Assembly: GCA_965204435.1 (NCBI GenBank)
Contig: OZ241997.1
Span: forward strand, 5,817,132-5,881,131
DNA length: 64,000 bases
Direction of reading: 5' to 3'
Source: Bryobacterales bacterium
Lineage (GTDB): Bacteria > Acidobacteriota > Terriglobia > Bryobacterales > UBA6623
In this document: positions 28,731 through 35,692 of the stretch, one piece after another
How positions within the stretch are numbered: the first letter of the stretch is position 1
How the letters are laid out: each line of letters begins with the position of its first letter
Program-made: the position numbers and the translations under genes
The notes under the pieces: model-generated
Databases searched by the model: none
What the model saw: only the letters and a program-made list of their open reading frames with translations
What the model was told of the DNA's origin: nothing

Positions 28731-30127
28731 CTGCACCTGACACGGCAAACCCGATCGCCCGCCGCTGGTTTCTCGAGCGCTGCGGATTCGGGCTGGGCAC
28801 GGCGGCACTGGCGCACCTGTTGCGCGGCGACTCGCGCGCGGCGACCCGCCTGCCGCACTTCGCGCCCAAGGCCAAGAATGTCATCTTTCTCTTCCAAGCG
28901 GGTGGGCCGAGCCATCTAGAGCTCTTCGACTACAAGCCGGAGCTGGCAAAGTTCGACGGCACGCTCCCGCCCCCGGATCTGCTCGAGGGCTACCGGGCGG
29001 CGTTCATTGATCCGAATTCCAAGCTCCTAGGCCCGAAGTACAAGTTTCGGAGGGCAGGGCAGAGTGGTTTCGAGATCTCCGAACTCCTGCCGCATATGGC
29101 GACCGTGGTCGATGATGTCGCCTTTGTCCGTTCGACCGTCACGGACGCATTCAATCACGCACCGGCGCAGCTTCTCATGAGCACCGGCGCCCAGCAGTTC
29201 GGCAGACCCAGCATGGGAGCTTGGGTGACCTACGGACTTGGCAGCGAGTCAGAGGACCTGCCGGGCTTCATCGTTCTGAACTCGTCGGACTCGGGGCCAA
29301 GCGCGGGTACTGCTCTGTGGGGCGCGGGCTTCCTGCCCACGGTGCACCAAGGCGTGCCGTTCCGCTCCGGCGGGGAACCGGTCTTGTTCCTTTCCAACCC
29401 GCTGGGAATCACCGACCGTGTCCAACGCGACACTCTCGATGCGATCAACGGGATGAACCGCATCCAGCTCGAACGAATGGGGGATCCGGAGATCCAGACC
29501 CGCATTCGGTCATTCGAACTCGCGTTTCGCATGCAGAGCGCCGCTCCAGCCCTGATGGACATCAGCAACGAGGCCCCCGAGACGCTGGAGCTGTACGGGG
29601 CCGAGCCGGGCAAGGCCTCGTTTGCCAACAACTGCCTGCTGGCCCGACGGCTGGTGGAGCAGGGGGTGCGGTTCGTGCAGCTCTACCACGAGGCTTGGGA
29701 CCACCATGCCAACTTGACCAAGGGAATCCAGCAAGTCGCCAAGGATGTCGACCAAGGCTCGGCAGCGTTGATCAAGGATCTCAAGCGGCGCGGCTTGCTG
29801 GATGAGACCTTGGTTCTGTGGGGCGGGGAGTTCGGGCGAACGCCCATGACCCAGGACACCAATGGGATTGGCGACGGGCGCGATCACCATCCGGGCGCCT
29901 TCACAACGTGGATGGCCGGAGCCGGGATCCGCCGAGGCGTTACCTTGGGGCGGACTGACGAACTAGGCTTCCGCACGGTCGAGGACAAGGTTCACGTCCA
30001 CGACCTGCACGCGACCGTGCTGCACCTGCTTGGCTTCGACCACACCAAGCTAACCTACCGCTTCCAAGGTCGTGACTTCCGGCTGACGGACGTGAGTGGA
30101 GAGGTGGTCGAGAAACTGCTGGTGTGA
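28727..30127 (+). CDS. DUF1501 protein (TAT-exported, sulfatase-fold)
   Basis: ATG 28727 overlaps the upstream TGA (ATGA). ARRWFLERCGFGLGTAALA signal and GGEFGRTP...GRDHHP. Confidence 0.85.
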   Translation: MTAPDTANPIARRWFLERCGFGLGTAALAHLLRGDSRAATRLPHFAPKAKNVIFLFQAGGPSHLELFDYKPELAKFDGTLPPPDLLEGYRAAFIDPNSKLLGPKYKFRRAGQSGFEISELLPHMATVVDDVAFVRSTVTDAFNHAPAQLLMSTGAQQFGRPSMGAWVTYGLGSESEDLPGFIVLNSSDSGPSAGTALWGAGFLPTVHQGVPFRSGGEPVLFLSNPLGITDRVQRDTLDAINGMNRIQLERMGDPEIQTRIRSFELAFRMQSAAPALMDISNEAPETLELYGAEPGKASFANNCLLARRLVEQGVRFVQLYHEAWDHHANLTKGIQQVAKDVDQGSAALIKDLKRRGLLDETLVLWGGEFGRTPMTQDTNGIGDGRDHHPGAFTTWMAGAGIRRGVTLGRTDELGFRTVEDKVHVHDLHATVLHLLGFDHTKLTYRFQGRDFRLTDVSGEVVEKLLV

Positions 30128-30211
30128 GTTGCTGTAGGGCACTCTTGCGACACGGCCCGTCGGTCCGGCACGAAGGTAAGCACCGACGAGTTCTTCAGAC
30201 GACTGGGTGCC
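29993..30211. repeat. Left copy of the duplicated convergent junction (intact DUF1501 3' end plus decayed SMP-30 3' end)
   Basis: Colinear with 30561-30691 plus 32867-32945. An ungapped stretch of 88 nt across the DUF1501 stop has 67 matches by hand count. Confidence 0.75.
30132..30211 (-). pseudogene. Remnant of an SMP-30/gluconolactonase gene 3' end
   Basis: The minus strand reads VLTFVPDRRAVSQECPTA, against MLPFLPAQGPCRESAS* for the intact gene at 32891. The DNA block GGGCCGTGTCGC is identical. The stop codon is replaced by CAG. Confidence 0.5.
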
Positions 30212-30253
30212 GCTCATCGCCCGCAATCCCTCGAAGCGGCATGGCGCCCCGTT

Positions 30254-30484
30254 CTATTCGCCCCACGATGCTGCGGCCTCCCATCCTGTCAGGTCGCTTT
30301 CCACGTGCGGGGCGCGTTCGTATCCCAATCGGTCTTGCTCCTCCAGTCTCACTATGTGAAGACGTCGCAGGTGTTCCTTCAGAGCGTCTCGGATCAGAGC
30401 GGAGCGGTTCGTGCCAGCCCGACTAGCGGCTTCGTCAGCTCTAGCGAGAAGGTCGGCGTCGAGAACTACTTGGACTGTCTTCAC
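30254..30484 (-). CDS. CopG/RHH-family antitoxin-like protein with no adjacent toxin
   Basis: MKTVQVVLDADLLARADEAASRAGTNRSALIRDALKEHLRRL...EEQDRLGYERAP...WEAAASW from GTG 30484 (the track starts at 30505). This is the pattern seen in MazF/PemK-partner antitoxins. Confidence 0.75.
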   Translation of the reverse strand: MKTVQVVLDADLLARADEAASRAGTNRSALIRDALKEHLRRLHIVRLEEQDRLGYERAPHVESDLTGWEAAASWGE

Positions 30485-30560
30485 AACCTGCAAAATAGTC
30501 CACACCCAACGCTATAACTTGCTTGTAGGTATTCATGGGGTCATCGATCCATAGCTGCTA

Positions 30561-30691
30561 CACGTCTCTCAGCCGCTCCGCGCTGCAGAAGCAACGTGCT
30601 TGGCAAGGGTGTCCTAGCGACGCCAAGTTGACCTACCGCTTCTAGGGACGCGACTGCCGGCTGCCGGGTGTCGGTGGGTCGTTGTTCTAGA
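30561..30691 (+). pseudogene. Decayed DUF1501 3' end fragment, split by the IS (continues at 32867-32890)
   Basis: About 73-76% identical, ungapped, to 30043-30127. Contains an in-frame TAG and indels further upstream. Confidence 0.75.
30686..30691. repeat. Target-site duplication TCTAGA (left)
   Basis: The same hexamer directly flanks both IS termini. The paralogous uninterrupted site at 30108-30113 reads TCGAGA. Confidence 0.75.
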
Positions 30692-30838
30692 CCCAACTTA
30701 CCCCGACCACTTTTTGCGCTATGGGCCTTTGCGTGCCTGAGGCCCGGCACCTAACCTCTTCGCATTCAATAGCTTAGCCTCCGAGCACTACTGGCTATCC
30801 CTCCCAATGCGCCCAAAATGACCCCTCGAAAACCGTTT

Positions 30839-30936
30839 TTCCTAGTCATACAATATGACTTGCAGCAGTTGTCATTGATCCATTTATCTGCTATCATTGT
30901 TGCCAGTTAGAACCTGCTGGTTCCTAGTCATACAAT
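30839..30936. repeat. IS-internal 16-bp direct repeat pair TTCCTAGTCATACAAT (30839-30854 and 30921-30936)
   Basis: Exact repeat 82 bp apart. Each copy contains TACAAT. The second overlaps the transposase ATG at 30935. Confidence 0.8.
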
Positions 30937-32707
30937 GCACATCACCTCCTCTTTCGCCCGCAAGTCCCCCTGCCACCTCTTGCGCGAATCCTACTGGCGC
31001 AACGGCAAGGTCCACAAACGCACTCTCGCCAATCTCTCCGCTCTCCCCCAGCCCCTCATCGACCTGCTCAAGGCCGCCCTCGACCGCCAACTCCCTCTCG
31101 GCAGCCCCCACGCGCCCGTCCAGGCCGGGCGCGCGCGCCAGCACGGCGCCGTCTCCGCCCTGCTCGGCCTCGCCCGCAGCCTGCGCCTCGACCGCCTGCT
31201 CTTCCACCAACCCTGCCGCCAGCGCTCGCTGGCCCTCGCCCTGATCCTCGCCCGCCTGCTCAAGCCCGGCGCCAAGCTGCGCCTGGAACGCGAACTCGGC
31301 CCCGCCGGCCAAACCACCCTCGCCCACCTGCTCGACATCCGCAACGCACCCGTGGACGAACTCTACGACGCCATGGACTGGCTGCTCAAGCGCCAGCCCG
31401 CCATCGAGCGCAAGCTCGCCAAACTCCACCTCCGGCAAGGCGGCCTGGCCTTGTACGACCTCTCCTCCAGCTACGTCGAGGGCTCCTGCTGCCCGCTGGC
31501 CAAACGCGGCTACTCGCGCGACCATCGCTCCGACCGCCCCCAGATCACCTACGGCCTGCTGTGCAATCAGGACGGCTGCCCGATCGCGGTCGAGGCCTTC
31601 GCCGGCAACACCGCCGACCCCAGCACGCTCAGCAGCCAAGTCAACAAGTTGCGGCAACGCTTCGGCTTGCAACGGCTGGCCCTGGTCGGCGACCGCGGCA
31701 TGCTGGCCCAGACGCGCATCGCGGGCGAGCTGCAGCCAGCCGAGCTGGACTGGATCACGGCCCTGCGCCACGACAGCATTCGCAAGCTGGCTGCCGAGGG
31801 GCACTTCCAGCCCTCGCTGTTTGACACGCACGGCTTGGCCAGCATCACCGCGCCGGACTTCCCCGACGAGCGCCTGCTGGTGTGCTACAACCCGCTGGTG
31901 GCCGCCGAGCGGCGGCGCAAGCGCGCCGACTTGCTGGCCAGCACCGAGGCCGACCTGGCCGGGATGGCCAGCGCCTACGCGGCCGGCAAGATCGACCGCG
32001 ACGAGTTCAACCGGCGCTTGGGCACGCTGCGCAGGCGCAAGATGGGCAAGCACTTGCAGTGGTGCTTCGACGAGCACACGGAGGCCTTCAGCTCGACGCG
32101 CGACGAGGAGTCGATCGCGGCCGAGGCGCGCCTGGACGGCTTCTACGTGGTGCGCACCAGCCTGGCGGAGCAGGATCTGGACGATGCCGGGGTGGTGCGC
32201 GCCTACAAGAGCCTGGCGCGGGTGGAGCGGGCTTTCCGCTCACTCAAGACGAGCGGGCTGCGGGTGCGCCCGATCTTCCACTGGAAAGAGACGCGGGTGC
32301 GGGCGCACCTGCTGGTGTGCATGCTGGCGTACTACGTGGAATGGCACCTGCGGCGCCAGCTGGCGCCGCTGTTGTTCAGCGAGGAAGGCGAGCCCCAGCA
32401 TGCGGGCGGGCCGGTCGGGCCAGTGCAGCGCAGTGAGGCTGCCAAGCGTAAGGATCGCACGCGCCGGACGGCTGATGGGAGCCTGCCGGTGCAGAGCCTG
32501 GCAGACCTGTTGGCGGGGCTGGGCACGCTCAGCGCAGTGGAGTTGAAATACGCACAGGTGCCCGGCTATGCGGTGCCCACGCTGAGCGAGCTGGAGCCGT
32601 TACACGAGCGCGTGTTCGAGCTCCTGGGCTTCCAGCCCCACCCGGCACCGGCGCTGAGCGAGCCACCAGACAACCCAGGCAATGCGCCGCCCAAGACGCC
32701 AACCTAG
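30935..32707 (+). CDS. IS1634-family (IS4 superfamily) DDE transposase
   Basis: 590 aa. N-terminal YWRNGKVHKRTLANLS is typical of IS1634-type transposases. LYDLSSSY and LVGDRGM are candidate DD residues, and YKSLARVERAFRSLK is the Y-R-E-K-type motif. Confidence 0.85.
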   Translation: MHITSSFARKSPCHLLRESYWRNGKVHKRTLANLSALPQPLIDLLKAALDRQLPLGSPHAPVQAGRARQHGAVSALLGLARSLRLDRLLFHQPCRQRSLALALILARLLKPGAKLRLERELGPAGQTTLAHLLDIRNAPVDELYDAMDWLLKRQPAIERKLAKLHLRQGGLALYDLSSSYVEGSCCPLAKRGYSRDHRSDRPQITYGLLCNQDGCPIAVEAFAGNTADPSTLSSQVNKLRQRFGLQRLALVGDRGMLAQTRIAGELQPAELDWITALRHDSIRKLAAEGHFQPSLFDTHGLASITAPDFPDERLLVCYNPLVAAERRRKRADLLASTEADLAGMASAYAAGKIDRDEFNRRLGTLRRRKMGKHLQWCFDEHTEAFSSTRDEESIAAEARLDGFYVVRTSLAEQDLDDAGVVRAYKSLARVERAFRSLKTSGLRVRPIFHWKETRVRAHLLVCMLAYYVEWHLRRQLAPLLFSEEGEPQHAGGPVGPVQRSEAAKRKDRTRRTADGSLPVQSLADLLAGLGTLSAVELKYAQVPGYAVPTLSELEPLHERVFELLGFQPHPAPALSEPPDNPGNAPPKTPT

Positions 32708-32866
32708 TCACCAACGGCCTGTTCGAAATGCGGCTGTTCCGCCCAATGGCGTACGCAGCAGGGACTCGACGAAATCACCTAAGTGACTGATCCATCGCGA
32801 GGTACATCAGCCCAAGGTTGGAGCTTACGATGGCGTACAGCCATAAACTAGTTGGGGTAAGTTGGG

Positions 32867-32872
32867 TCTAGA
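32867..32872. repeat. Target-site duplication TCTAGA (right)
   Basis: See the left copy at 30686-30691. Confidence 0.75.
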
Positions 32873-32890
32873 AACTGCCGGCGTGAGCTG

Positions 32891-33754
32891 CTACGAGGCG
32901 CTTTCGCGACACGGCCCTTGGGCAGGCAGAAACGGAAGCATCGGCTCAAGCGGATGCTCTACCGCACCGATGTGCCAGCCACCAAGGTTCGCGAAGTAGA
33001 TCTCGTCTTTGCGCAGGGCGACGTTGGTCGGCCGGTTCATCCATTCTGCTAACGGGTCTCGATACAGCACTTCGAATCGGTCGTCAGTTCGGATCACGCC
33101 AATTTGGTCAGGAGAGTAGTAGGCAACATAGATATTGCCTTCGGTGTCTAGGGCGACTCCGTCGGGTACGGTACCAGACTCCAAGGGAATCTGGCGTACC
33201 GGTTCCATGCTCGCCACTTGCGGGCCATCGATTCGAAACGCGAGGATGCTGGGAGCGGTGCTCTCGACCACGTAGAGCAGCGAGTTGCCATGGTCGACGA
33301 AGACACCGTTGGTGAACCGGAACGGCCCGGGGTGTGCGCAGAGCGTCTCGCCTTCTGGAGTTATGGCGAATAGCCGACCGCTATGTCGCGTGGGATGGTA
33401 CGTGCCCGACTCGCTGAAGAACAGATTGCCCTTTGCGTCGAACGCACAGTCGTTCGGGTTGTCGAATTGACCCGTCGAAATCGCTTCGACGCCGCCGTTC
33501 GGTTCGATCCGCAAGACTTCGTTGCGACCTGCGTCGCAGGCGTAGACGGCACCAGCTTGGTCAGAGCACAGTCCGAGGACAAAGCCTCCGGTCTGCGCTG
33601 TAGCCTCGAACGAACCAGTCGTCGGATCAATGCGGTAGATTGCTCCCGCCTCGCTACCGCACACCAGCGAGCCGTCGGCTGCAAAGCACAGGCCCTCGGG
33701 GTGGTCCAAGCCGGCACACACGAATCGGACGATCTCAGGGGAAGCGGGTGTCAT
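32891..33754 (-). CDS. SMP-30/gluconolactonase/LRE-family beta-propeller (putative sugar lactonase)
   Basis: 287 aa. Repeated propeller blades with PEGLCFAADGSL, NDCAFDAKGNLFF, TNGVFVD and PDGVALDTEGNIYVA. Confidence 0.85.
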   Translation of the reverse strand: MTPASPEIVRFVCAGLDHPEGLCFAADGSLVCGSEAGAIYRIDPTTGSFEATAQTGGFVLGLCSDQAGAVYACDAGRNEVLRIEPNGGVEAISTGQFDNPNDCAFDAKGNLFFSESGTYHPTRHSGRLFAITPEGETLCAHPGPFRFTNGVFVDHGNSLLYVVESTAPSILAFRIDGPQVASMEPVRQIPLESGTVPDGVALDTEGNIYVAYYSPDQIGVIRTDDRFEVLYRDPLAEWMNRPTNVALRKDEIYFANLGGWHIGAVEHPLEPMLPFLPAQGPCRESAS

Positions 33755-34031
33755 GGGCCGGGAAGCGACGTTCGTTCCAGCATATCGCTGCGTGATCAGG
33801 CCGAACCGTCCGATAATCTCGAGCGAACGGCCACGATCCTCCTCGGTCGTGCGCCGCAGAAACGAGGTGTGCTCTCCCCATAGGACCGGAGCTAAGCGGA
33901 ATCACAACACGAATCTGCCCGAGTACAGACATCTGCTAGTCTTCAGCGGTCGCACGATCCGTGTTCTGGGGTAGTTGTTGGAGTTGGTTGCGAGATTCCG
34001 AGCCTAGTAATGTTTATGATGGATTATGAAT

Positions 34032-34060
34032 TTGACTAAATTTATAATTTGCAGTAAATT
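34032..34060 (+). promoter_or_regulatory. Sigma70-like promoter of the ATPase gene (TTGACT-17 nt-TAAATT) in an AT-rich tract with tandem short repeats
   Basis: TTGACT at 34032-34037 and TAAATT at 34055-34060. TAAATTTAT occurs at 34037 and 34055. TTTAGTGG occurs at 34064 and 34073. Confidence 0.4.
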
Positions 34061-34093
34061 TATTTTAGTGGCTTTAGTGGGGTAAGTTTCAAA

Positions 34094-35299
34094 ATGACGA
34101 CATTCTCAAACCCCTTTCGCCCTGGCGCGGGTCACACGCCGCCCTATCTGGCTGGGAGAGAAACGGAGCGCAATGAGTTTCTAAGACTACTCAATCAACA
34201 GACAGTCTTGGAGAACATGGTTCTGACCGGGCTTCGAGGAGTGGGCAAGACAGTCCTGCTCGACTCGCTCAAGCCATTGGCAACGAGTCGAGGCTGGATA
34301 TGGGTCGGAGCTGATCTCTCCGAGTCCGCTAGCTTGAGCGAGCATAACTTGGCAACTCGCGTCTGTGCAGACCTGGCTCTGGTCACATCAAACATAGTCG
34401 TGGCCACGGAGGAGGTTAGGAGGGCAGGATTCTCTGCCGAGCGGGAAGAAATCCCTCGCACACTCGGATTCCGAGATTTGATGGATACCTACGAAAGAGT
34501 TCCCGGCTTGTCTCTCGACAAGATCAAGGGCGTACTTGGCGTTGCGTGGCGCGCTGTTTCCAGCATGCCGAACGTGCGTGGGATCGTCTTCGCCTACGAC
34601 GAAGCGCAGAACCTCGCGGACAGATCAGCTAATGAGCAGTATCCCTTGTCGTTGCTGCTTGATTCCTTTCAATCCCTGCAGCGGCAGGGATTTCCCATGA
34701 TGCTCGTTCTGACTGGTCTTCCGACCCTATTCCCCAAGCTAGTCGAGGCGAGAACATTCTCCGAGAGGATGTTCAGAGTTGTGTTCCTTGACCGCCTTTC
34801 CGAGAGCGAGAGCACGGAAGCAGTCCGCAGACCCATCGACGATGCAGAGTGTCCTGTCCGACTTGAAGGTGGCTCCGTGAGCAAGATCGTCAAGATGTCT
34901 GGAGGCTACCCGTACTTCATCCAGTTCATCTGCAAAGAGGTGTACGACGCATTTATTCAACGCCATGATCGAGGGGAAGATGCCTCCGTTCCGACTGCAG
35001 AGATTCAGCACAAGCTAGACACGGACTTCTTTTCAGGGCGATGGGAACGAGCGACTGATCGGCAGAGAGCACTGCTGTCTGTGATTTCTCGCCTTGAGAA
35101 CTGCGAAGAAGAGTTCACGGTCCAACAGGTGGTTGAAGAATCGCAACGGTCGTTGGAGAGACCGTTCGGCGGCAGCCAGGTCAGTCAGATGATGGTCGCC
35201 CTAGCATCCCAGGGGCTGGTGTACAAGAATCGGCACGGGAGGTACTCCTTTTCAGTGCCTCTATTGGGTCAATTCATCCGCAGGCAGATGCACGGTTAG
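34094..35299 (+). CDS. P-loop ATPase (AAA_16/archaeal-ATPase-like) with C-terminal winged-helix-like domain; function unknown
   Basis: 401 aa. NPFRPGAGHTPPYLAGRETE, then Walker A GLRGVGKT and Walker-B-like IVFAYDEAQNL. The C-terminal FTVQQVVEE...LASQGLVYKNRHGRYSF looks like a wHTH. G+C is lower than in the neighbouring genes. Confidence 0.75.
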   Translation: MTTFSNPFRPGAGHTPPYLAGRETERNEFLRLLNQQTVLENMVLTGLRGVGKTVLLDSLKPLATSRGWIWVGADLSESASLSEHNLATRVCADLALVTSNIVVATEEVRRAGFSAEREEIPRTLGFRDLMDTYERVPGLSLDKIKGVLGVAWRAVSSMPNVRGIVFAYDEAQNLADRSANEQYPLSLLLDSFQSLQRQGFPMMLVLTGLPTLFPKLVEARTFSERMFRVVFLDRLSESESTEAVRRPIDDAECPVRLEGGSVSKIVKMSGGYPYFIQFICKEVYDAFIQRHDRGEDASVPTAEIQHKLDTDFFSGRWERATDRQRALLSVISRLENCEEEFTVQQVVEESQRSLERPFGGSQVSQMMVALASQGLVYKNRHGRYSFSVPLLGQFIRRQMHG

Positions 35300-35692
35300 A
35301 ACCGATTTGGCTGTCGGCTCCCAGCAATACGGACCGGGCTCTTCGTACCGCCTTCCAGCAGTACAGGTGACTTCGCCGCAAGATGTCTGGTTGTCGCCGG
35401 GATTGTGCCAGAGCGTTTGGAGGGATCGAAACCGCAGCGTTTGCGGCGCTCGACGGAATTCTCTTCAGCGTCCGGCGGGCTCGAGTTACTGATCGGCTTG
35501 CGGGGCCGGAGCTCTCTTGGGCACCTGCTTTCTCAAATCGACGAGATCAAGGCACGGCGCAACGGACGGCACGCTGGTGCGCTTTTCCGCGCAGCCGGGC
35601 ACTACGACCATCGCCAGCACAAGTGAGAATCGGCTCGTGGGCTGTTTCAGAGCGTATTCGTGGTTCGCTGGACCGATTCTCTCTCTAGAGTT

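Larger units (their letters stand above)
30692..32866 (+). mobile_element. Complete IS1634/IS4-like insertion sequence, copy 2 (2175 bp)
   Basis: Terminal inverted repeats are CCCAACTTACCCC (30692-30704) and GGGGTAAGTTGGG (32854-32866), with 16 of 19 matching overall. One 590-aa transposase ORF. Flanked by the TCTAGA duplication. Confidence 0.9.

Noticed and set aside
30128-30253. Possible truncated MazF toxin downstream of the RHH antitoxin (MPLRGIAGDERHPVV looked vaguely like RGDIW...PVVV)
   Set aside because: The interval aligns much better, at both DNA and protein level, with the 3' end of the SMP-30 gene. It is part of the duplicated junction, and no MazF-like sequence remains.
30884-32077. 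397-aa minus-strand ORF, and its counterpart at 18-353 on the plus strand
   Set aside because: It is exactly antisense to the transposase gene. It is Ala/Gly/Glu/Val-rich low-complexity sequence typical of mirror frames in high-GC coding DNA. The transposase frame has clear family motifs.
33898-35680. Imperfect inverted repeats (GGAATCACAACACGAATCTGC at ~33898 versus the complement of GCGTATTCGTGGTTCGCTGGACCGATTC at ~35653) as possible ends of the ATPase islet
   Set aside because: The alignment needs an 8-nt gap and has only ~9 of 12 core matches. That is not convincing without statistics.
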